In this document: one piece after another, positions 54,376 to 64,000 of the stretch
Layout: every line of letters begins with the position of its first letter
How positions within the stretch are numbered: the stretch's first letter is position 1
NCBI RefSeq assembly: GCF_009914755.1
Contig: NC_060933.1
DNA length: 64,000 nt
Origin: the human T2T-CHM13v2.0 reference genome, Homo sapiens
Reading direction: 5' to 3' (one strand)
Program-made: the position numbers and the translations under genes
Notes under the pieces: generated by a model
What the model was told of the DNA's origin: nothing
Databases searched by the model: none
The model's input: the letters and a program-made list of their open reading frames with translations, nothing else

Positions 54376-57300
54376 CATTCCATTCCATTCCATTCCATTC
54401 CATTCCATTCCATTCTATTCCATTCCTTTCCGTTCCATTCCATTCCATTCCATTCCATTCCGTTCCGTTCCATTCCATTCCATTCCATTCTATTCGGGTT
54501 AATTCCATTCCATTCCATTCGACTGCAATCGAGTTGATTCCATTCCATTCCATTCCATTCCATTCCATTCCATTCCATTCCATTACGGATGATTCCATTC
54601 CATTGCATTCCGTTCCATTCCATTCCCTGAACTCGGGTTGATTCCATTCCTTTCCATTGCAATCCATGCCATTCCACTCGTGTTGATTCCATTCTTTCCT
54701 TTCCATTCAAGTTGAATCCATTCCATTGCATTCCATTCCATTCGATTCCATTCGATTGCACTCGGGTTGATTCCATTCCATTGCATTCCATTCCATTCCA
54801 TTCCATTCCATTCCATTCCATTCCGTTCCATTCCATTTCATTACATTCAGATTGATTCTATTCAATTCCCTTACACTCCATTATATTCCAATCCATTCTG
54901 GTTGTTTCCATTCCATTCCATTCCATTTCACTCCATTCAATTGCACTCGGGTTGATTCCATTCCATTCCATTCCATTCCATTTCATTCCGGGTGATTCCA
55001 TTCCATTGCATTCCATTCCATTCCATTCCCCTGCACTCGGGTTGATTCCATTCCATTCCATTACATTACATTCCGTTCCATTACATTACATTCCATTCGG
55101 ATTGATTCTATTCAATTCCCTTACACTTCATTACATTCCATTCCATTTGGGTAGTTTCCATTCCATTCCATTCCATTCCTCTCTATTCCATTGCACTCGG
55201 GTTGATTCCATTCCATTCCATTCCTTTCCATTCCATTCCATTCCATTGTACTCGGGTTGATTCCATTCCATTGCATTCCATTCCATTCCATTCCATTCCG
55301 TTCCATTCCATTCCATTACATTCGGATTGATTCTATTCAACTCCCTTACTCTCCATTGCATTCGATTCCATTCGGGTTGTTCCATTCCATTCCATTCCAT
55401 TCCACTCCATTCCATTGCACTCGGGTTTATTCCATTCCATTCCATTCCATTCCGGAAGATTCCATTCCATTGCATTCCATTACATTCCATTCCCCTGCAC
55501 TCGCGTTGATTCCATTCCATTCCATTCCATTCCAATCCATTCCATTCCATTCCATTCCATTCCATTCCATTCCATTCCTTTCCGTTCCATTCCATTCCAT
55601 TCCATTCCATTCCATTCCATTCCATTCCGTTCCGTTCCGTTCCATTCCATTCCATTCAATTCTATTCGGGTTAATTCCATTCCATTCCATTCGATTGCAA
55701 TCGAGTTGATTCCATTCCATTCCATTCCATTCCATTCCATTCCATTCCTTTCCATTCCATTACGGATGATTCCATTCCATTGCATTCCATTCCATTCCCC
55801 TGTACTCGGGTTGATTCCATTCCATTCCATTCCAATCCATGCCATTCCACTCGTGTTGATTCCATTCTTTCCATTCCATTGAAGTTGAATCCATTCCATT
55901 GCATTCCATTCCATTCGATTCCATTCGATTGCACTCGGGTTGATTCCATTCCATTGCATTCCATTCCATTCCATTTCATTCCATTCCATTCCTTTCCATT
56001 CCATTCCATTCCATTCCATTCCATTCCATTCCATTCCATTGCAATCGAGTTGATTCCATTCCATTCCTTTCCATTCCATTCCATTGCATTGCATTCCACT
56101 CGGGTTGATTCCATTCCCTTCTTTCCACTCCATTACATTCCCTTCCATTCCACTCGGAATGATTGATTCCATTCCATTCCATTCCATTCCATTTCATTCC
56201 ATTGCAATCCATTCCAATCCATTCCATTCCATTCCATTCCACTCGAGTTGATTTCATTCCATTCCTTTCCATTCCATTCCATTCCTTTCCACTCGAGTTG
56301 ATTCAATTCCATTCCATTCCATTGCATTCCATTCCATGCCATTCCACTCGGGTTGATTCCATTCCATTCCATTCCATTCCATTCCATTGCCTTCCATTCC
56401 ATTCCATTCCATTGCATTGCATTCCATTCCATTCCCCTGCACTCGGGTTGATTCCATTCCATTCCATTCCATTTAATTCCATTCCATTCCTTTCCATTCC
56501 ATTCCATTCCAATCCGTTCCATTCCATTCCATTCCATTCCATTGCAATCGACTTGATTCCATTCCATTCCATTCCATTCCATTCCATTCCATTCAATTCC
56601 ATTCCATTCCATTTTGTTCCAATCCATTCTATTCCGAACCATTCCATTCCATTCCATTCCATTCCATTCCATTCCATTCTATTCCATGCCATTCCACTCG
56701 GGTTGATTCCATTCCTTTCCATTCCATTCGTTTTGAATCCATTCCACTCCATTCCATTCCATTCGAATCCATTCCATTGCACTCGGGTTGATTCCATTCC
56801 ATTCCATTCCATTCGATTCCATTCCATTCCATTCCATTCCGTTCCATTCCATTTCATTACATTCAGATTGATTCTATTCAATTCCCTTACACTCCATTAT
56901 ATTCCACTCCATTCTGGTTGTTTCCATTCCATTCCATTCCATTTCACTCCATTCCTTTGCACTCGGTTTGATTCCATTCCATTCCATTCCATTCCATTCC
57001 GGATGATTCCATTCCATTGCATTCCATTCCATTCCATTCCCCTGCACTCAGGTTGATTCCATTCCATTCCATTCCACTCCATTCGGTTCCGTTCCATTCC
57101 ATTCTATTGCATTCCATTCTATTCGGGTTAATTCCATTTCATTCTAATTCATTCCATTCCATTCCATTCCATTGCAATCGAGTTGATTTCATTCCATTCC
57201 ATTCCATTCAGGATGATTCCATTCCATTGCATTCCATTCCATTCCATTTCCCTGCACTCGTGTTGATTCCATTCCCTTCCATTCCATTCCATTCCGTTCC

Positions 57301-57655
57301 ATTCCATTGCATTCCATTCTATTCCGGCTAATTCCATTCCATTCCATTCCATTCCATTCCATTCCATTCCATTCCATTCCATTGCAATCGAGTTGATTCC
57401 ATTCCATTCCTTTCCATTCCATTAAATTGCCTTGCATTCCACTCGGGTTGATTCCATTCCCTTCTTTCCACTCCATTACATTCCCTTCCATTCCACTCGG
57501 AATGATTGGTTCCATTCCATTCCATTCCATTTCATTCCATTGCAATCCATTCCAATCCATTCCATTCCATTCCATTCCACTCGAGTTGATTTCATTCAAT
57601 TCCTTTCCATTCCATACCATTCCTTTCCACTCGAGTTGATTCCATTCCATTCCAT
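54376..57655 (+). repeat. Partial third copy (X3) of the 7.5 kb unit
   Basis: CGACTGC 54520, TCCCTGAACT 54624, and a 297-aa ORF twin at 56163 (offset 11412 from 44751). Collinearity with ~46245 is lost near 57655. Confidence 0.9.
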
Positions 57656-60039
57656 TCCATTCCATTCCATTCCATTCCATTCCGTTGCACTCCATTCCAT
57701 TACATTCGGATTGATTCTTTTCAAATCCCTTACTCTCCATTATATTCCATTCCATTCTGGTTGTTCCATTCCATTCCATTCCATTCCACTCCATTCCATT
57801 GCACTCGGGTTGATTCCAATCCATTCCATTCCATTCCATTCCATTCCATTCCATTCCGGATGATTCCATTCCATTGCATTCCATTCCATTACATTCCCCT
57901 GCACTCGCGTTGATTCCATTCCATTCCACTCCATTCCATTCAATTCCATTCCATTACAATTCGTTCCATTCCATTCTATTCCGTACCATTCCATTCCATT
58001 TCATACCATTCCATTCCAGTCCATTCCATTCCATTCCATTCTATTCGGGTTAATTCCATTCCATTCCATTCCATTCCATTCTATTCCATTCCATTGCAAT
58101 CGTGTTGAATCCATTGCATTTCATTCCATTCCATTCCATTCCATTCCATTCCGCAAAATTCCATTCCATTGCATTCCATTCCATTCCATTCCCCTGCACT
58201 CGCGTTGATTCCATTCCATTCCATTCCATTCCATTCCGTTCCGTTCCTTTCCATTCCATTCCTTTCCATTCCATTCCATTCCATTCCATTCCGTTCCATT
58301 CCATTCCATTCCATTCTATTCGGGTTAATTCCATTCCATTCCATTCTATTGCAATCGTGTTGATTCCAATCCGTTCCATTCCATTCCATTCCATTCCATT
58401 CCATTCCTTTCCATTCCATTACGGATGATTCCATTCAATTGCAATGCATTCCATTCCATTCCCCTGTACTCGGGTTGATTCCATTCCATTGCATTCCAAT
58501 CCATGCCCTTCCACTCGTGTTGATTCCATTCTTTCCATTCCATTCAAGTTGAATCCATTCCATTGCATTCCATTCCATTCGATTCCATTCGATTGCACTC
58601 GGGTTGATTCCATTCCATTTCATTCCATTCCATTCCATTCCATTCCATTCCATTCCATTCCATTCCGTTCCATTCCATTCCATTACATTCGGATTGATTC
58701 TATTCAATTCCCTTACACTCCATTACATTCCATTCCATTCGGGTAGTTTCCATTCCATTCCATTCCATTCCTCTCCATTCCATTGCACTCGGTTTGATTC
58801 CATTCCATTGCATTCCATTCCATTCCATTCAATTCCATTCCGTTCAATTCCATTCCATTACATTCGGATTGATTCTATTCAACTCCCTTACTCTCCGTTA
58901 CATTCCATTCCATTCGGGTTGTTCCATTCCATTCCATTCGATTCCACTCCATTCCATTGCACTCGGGTTGATTCCATTCCATTCCATTCCATTCCGGATG
59001 ATTCCATTCCATTGCATTCCGTTCCATTACATTCCCCTGCACTCGCGTTGATTCCATTCCATTCCATTCCATTCCATTCCATTCAATTCCATTGCATTAC
59101 AATTCGTTCCATTCCATTCTATTCCGTACCATTCCATTCCATTCCATACCATTCCATTCCATTCCATTCCATTCCATTCCGTTCCATTCCGTTCCATTCC
59201 ATTCCATTCCATTCTATTCGGGTTAATTCCATTCCATTCCATTCCATTCCATTCCATTCTATTCCATTCCATTGCAATCGAGTTGAATCCATTGCATTTC
59301 ATTCCATTCCATTCCATTCCATTCCGGAAGATTCCATTCCATTGCATTCCATTCCATTCCATTCCCCTGCACTCGCGTTGATTCCATTCCATTCCATTCC
59401 ATTCCATTCCATTCAATTCCATTGCATTACAATTCGTTCCATTCCATTCTATTCCGTACCATTCCATTCCATTCCATTACATTCCGTTCCGTTCCGTTCC
59501 ATTCCATTCCATTCCATTCCTTTCCATTCCGTTCCGTTCCATTCCATTCCATTCCATTCTATTCGGGTTAATTCCATTCCATTCCACTCCATTCGATTGC
59601 AATCGAGTTGATTCCATTCCATTCCATTCCATTCCATTCCATTCCATTCCATTCCTTTCCATTCCATTACGGATGATTCCATTCCATTGCATTCCATTCC
59701 ATTCCATTCCCCTGTACTCGGGTTGATTCCATTCCATCCATTCCAATCCATGCCATTCCACTCGTGTTGATTCCATTCTTTCCATTCCATTCAAGTTGAA
59801 TCCATTCCATTGCATTCCATTCCATTCGATTCCATTCGATTGCACTCGGGTTGATTCCATTGCATTTCATTACATTCAGATTGATTCTATTCAATTCCGT
59901 TACACTCCATTATATTCCAATCCATTCTGGTTGTTTCCATTCCATTCCATTCCATTTCACTCCATTCCATTGCATTCGGGTTGATTCCATTCCATTCCAT
60001 TCCATTGCATTCCATTTCATTCCATTCCGGATGATTCCA

Positions 60040-62070
60040 TTCCATTGCATTCCGTTCCATTACATTCCCCTGCACTCGGGTTGATTCCATTCCATTCCAT
60101 TCCATTCCATTCCATTCGATTCCATTCCATTCCCCTGCACTCGCGTTGATTCCATTCCATTCCATTCCATTCCATTCCATTCTATTCCATTCCTTTCCGT
60201 TCCATTCCATTCTATTCCATTCCATTCCGTTCCGTTCCATTCCATTCCATTCCATTCTATTCGGGTTAATTCCATTCCATTCCATTCGATTGCAATCGAG
60301 TTGATTCCATTCCATTCCATTCCATTCCATTCCATTCCATTCCATTCCTTTCCATTCCATTACGGATGATTCCATTCCATTGCATTCCATTCCATTCCAT
60401 TCCCCTGTACTCGGGTTGATTCCATTCCTTTCCATTCCAATCCATGCCATTCCACTCGTGTTGATTCCATTCTTTCCTTTCCATTCAAGTTGAATCCATT
60501 CCATTGCATTCCATTCCATTCGATTGCATTCGATTGCACTCGGGTTGATTCAATTCCATTGCATTCCATTCCATTCCATTCCATTCCATTCCATTCCGTT
60601 CCATTCCATTTCATTACATTCAGATTGATTCTATTCAATTCCCTTACACTCCATTATATTCCAATCCATTCTGGTTGTTTCCATTCCATTCCATTCCATT
60701 TCACTCCATTCAATTGCACTCGGGTTGATTCCATTCCATTCCATTCCATTCCATTCCATTCCATTCCGGATGATTCCATTCCATTGCATTCCATTCCATT
60801 CCATTCCCCTGCACTCGGGTTGATTCCATTCCATTCCATTACATTACATTCCGTTCCATTACATTCCATTCCATTCGGATTGATTCTATTCAATTCCCTT
60901 ACACTTCATTACATTCCATTCCATTTGGGTAGTTTCCATTCCATTCCATTCCATTCCTCTCTATTCCATTGCACTCGGGTTGATTCCATTCCATTCCATT
61001 CCATTCCATTCCATTCCATTCCATTCCTTTCCATTCCATTCCATTCCATTGTACTCGGGTTGATTCCATTCCATTGCATTCCATTCCATTCCATTCCATT
61101 CCGTTCCATTCCATTCCATTACATTCGGATTGATTCTATTCAACTCCCTTACTCTCCATTGCATTCGATTCCATTCGGGTTGTTCCATTCCATTCCATTC
61201 CATTCCACTCCATTCCATTGCACTCGGGTTTATTCCATTCCATTCCATTCCATTCCGGAAGATTCCATTCCATTGCATTCCATTACATTCCATTCCCCTG
61301 CATTCGCGTTGATTCCATTCCATTGCATTCCATTCCAATCCATTCCATTCCATTCCATTCCATTCCATTCCATTCCATTCCTTTCCGTTCCATTCCATTC
61401 CATTCCATTCCATTCCATTCCGTTCCGTTCCGTTCCATTCCATTCCATTCAATTCTATTCGGTTTAATTCCATTCCATTCCATTCGATTGCAATCGAGTT
61501 GATTCCGTTCCATTCCATTCCATTCCTTTCCATTCCATTACGGATGATTCCATTCCATTGCATTCCATTCCATTCCCCTGTACTCGGGTTGATTCCATTC
61601 CATTCCATTCCAATCCATGCCATTCCACTCGTGTTGATTCCATTCTTTCCATTCCATTCAAGTTGAATCCATTCCATTGCATTCCATTCCATTCAATTCC
61701 ATTCGATTGCACTCGGGTTGATTCCATTCCATTGCATTCCATTCCATTCCATTTCATTTCATTCCATTCCATTCCTTTCCATTCCATTCCATTCCATTCC
61801 ATTCCATTCCATTGCAATCGAGTTGATTCCATTCCATTCCTTTCCATTCCATTCCATTGCCTTGCATTCCACTCGGGTTGATTCCATTCCCTTCTTTCCA
61901 CTCCATTACATTCCCTTCCATTCCACTCGGAATGTTTGATTCCATTCCATTCCATTCCATTTCATTCCATTGCAATCCATTCCAATCCATTCCATTCCAT
62001 TCCATTCCACTCGAGTTGATTTCATTCCATTCCTTTCCATTCCATTCCATTCCTTTCCACTCGAGTTGAT
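60040..62070 (+). repeat. Older, more diverged partial paralogue of 35340-37390
   Basis: Shares CACTTCATTAC and CATTTGGGTAG (36201/60902), TGCATTCGATT after the CAACTCCC motif, and CTTTCCTTTCCATTCAAG. Lacks the CGACTGC, CCCTGAACT and TTGAAGTTG markers of X1-X3. Confidence 0.8.
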
Positions 62071-64000
62071 TCCATTCCATTCCATTCCATTGCATTCCAT
62101 TCCATTCCATCCCATTCCATTCCTTTCCATTCCATTCCATTCCATTCGGATTGATTCTATTCAATTCCCTTACACTCCATTATATTCCATTCCATTGGGG
62201 TAGTTTCCATTCCATTCCATTCCATTCCTCTCCATTCCATTGCACTCGGGTTGATTCCATTCCATTCCATTCCATTCCATTCCATTCCATTACATTACCT
62301 TCCATTCCATTCCGTTCCATTGCTCTCGGGTTGATTCCATTCCATTGCATTCCATTCCATTCCATTCCATTCCATTCCTTTCCATTCCTTTCAATTCCAT
62401 TCCATTACATTCGGATTGATTCTATTCAATTCCCTTACACTCCATTACATTGTATTCCATTCGGGTAGTTTCCATTCCATTCCATTCCATTCCTCTCCAT
62501 TCCATTGCACTCGGGTTGATTCCATTCCATTGCATTCCATTCCATTCCATTCAATTCCATTCCGTTCCATTCCATTCCATTACATTCGGATTGATTCTAT
62601 TCAACTCCCTTACTCTCTATTACATTCCATTCCATTCGGTTTGTTCCATTCCATTCCATTCCATTCCACTCCATTCCACTGCACTCGGGTTGATTCCATT
62701 CCATTGCATTCCATTCCATTCCATTCCATTCCGGAACATTCCATTCCATTGCATTCCATTCCATTCCATTCCCCTGCACTCGCGTTGATTCCATTCCATT
62801 CCATTCTATTCCATTCCATTCCCTTCCTTTCCGTTCCATTCCATTCCATTAGATTCCCTTCCGTTCCATTCCATTCCATTCCATTCCATTCTATTCGGGT
62901 TAATTCCATTCCATTCCATTCGATTGCAATCGAGTTGATTCCATTGCATTCCATTCCATTCCATTCCATTCCATTCCATTCCATTCCATTCCGGAAGATT
63001 CCATTCCATTGCATTCCATTCCATTCCATTCCATTCCATTCCATTCCATTCCATTCCATTGCATTGTACTCGGGTTGATTCCATTCCATTGCATTCCATT
63101 CCATTCCATTCCATTCCATTCCATTCCGTTCCATTCCATTCCATTACATTCGGATTGATTCTTTTCAACTCCCTTACTCTCCACTACATTCCATTCCATT
63201 CGGGTTGTTCCATTCCATTCCATTCCATTCCACTCCATTCCATTGCACTCGGGTGGATTCCATTCCATTCCATTCCATTCCATTCCATTCCGGATGATTC
63301 CATTGCATTGCATTCCGTTCCATTACATTCCCCTGCACTCGGGTTGATTCCATTCCATTCCATTCCATTCCATTCGATTCCATTCCATTCCCCTGCACTC
63401 GCGTTGATTCCATTCCATTCCATTCCATTCCATTCCATTCCATTCCATTCCATTCCTTTCCATTCCAGTCCTTTCCATTCCATTCCACTCGGGTTGATTC
63501 TATTCTATTTGTTTCCATTCCATTCCATTCCCTTCCATTCTACTCGGGTTGATTCCATTCCATTCCATTGCACTCCATTCGGTTCCGTTCCATTCCATTC
63601 TATTGCATTCCATTCTATTCGGGTTAATTCCATTCCATTCTATTCCATTCCATTCCATTCCATTCCATTGCAATGGAGTTGATTCCATTCCATTCCATTC
63701 CATCCCGGATGATTCCATTCCATTGCATTCCATTCCATTCCATTCCCCTGCACTCGTGTTGATTCCATTCCCTTCCATTCCATTCTATTCCGTTCCATTC
63801 CATTCCATTCCATTCTATTCCGGTTAATTCCATTCCATTCCATTCCATTCCATTCCATTCCATTCCATTGCAATCGAGTTGATTCCACTCCATTCCTTTC
63901 CATTCCATTCCATTGCCTTGCATTCCACTCGGGTTGACTCCATTCCCTTCTTTCCCCTCCATTAGATTCCCTTCCATTCCACTCGGAATGATTGATTCCA

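Larger units (their letters stand above)
1..64000 (+). repeat. Human Satellite III (HSat3) array, (CCATT)n with interspersed A(C/T)TCGGGTTG-type linkers; C-rich strand is +
   Basis: CCATT dominates every line from base 1 to 64000. The Sat III diagnostic decamer ACTCGGGTTG/ATTCGGGTTG recurs throughout (e.g. 73-82, 262-271). No non-satellite sequence and no strand switch seen. Species (human or great ape) is inferred from the family only. Confidence 0.97.

Noticed and set aside
9001-58160. Purifying selection on the HSE-forming linker
   Set aside because: Several variants alter only the n positions (GGAAT, GGAAC, AGAAG), but others break the core (~9010, ~27079, ~58153). The numbers are too small to claim constraint.
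25-63977. Hundreds of ORFs up to 383 aa (e.g. 36208-37359, 43709-44860, 569-1597)
   Set aside because: (CCATT)n has no stop codon in any frame and supplies ATG every 5 bp on the - strand. Products are FHSIP/MEWNG repeats that overlap in all six frames with no domain, and twin ORFs only mirror DNA duplications.
1-64000. CRISPR-like alternation of repeats and spacers
   Set aside because: The intervening words are themselves recurrent, the repeat length is not constant, and there are no cas genes. This is eukaryotic satellite DNA.
1-64000. HSat2, alpha satellite or telomeric repeat
   Set aside because: CATTCGATTC/GATGA-rich HSat2 units are only sporadic while long intact CCATT runs dominate. 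No 171-bp monomers or TTAGGG arrays.
1-64000. Embedded Alu/L1/LTR insertion or inversion breakpoint
   Set aside because: No poly-A tail, no non-satellite stretch longer than about 50 bp, and no GGAAT runs on the + strand.

Overview
The whole 64 kb is an uninterrupted, single-orientation array of human-type Satellite III (HSat3). It consists of CCATT pentamers on the + strand (GGAAT on the - strand), punctuated by the classical Sat III decamer A(C/T)TCGGGTTG and a small set of related linker words. I see no credible gene, RNA gene, transposon, CRISPR array or inversion; the listed ORFs are by-products of a stop-free pentamer (FHSIP / MEWNG repeats). I cannot support a new gene-based system here. 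The informative signal is architectural: (i) a young ~22 kb expansion arranged X-Y-X-Y-Y-X (35.4-57.7 kb; ~7.5 kb unit plus an extra ~4.0 kb copy) with a readable junction and mosaic variants; (ii) an older patchwork of 0.03-1.6 kb tandem and dispersed duplications; (iii) about 32 perfect three-unit heat-shock elements made by one linker variant; (iv) pentamer register slips that all go in the same direction. All coordinates and counts were read by eye and boundaries are approximate.
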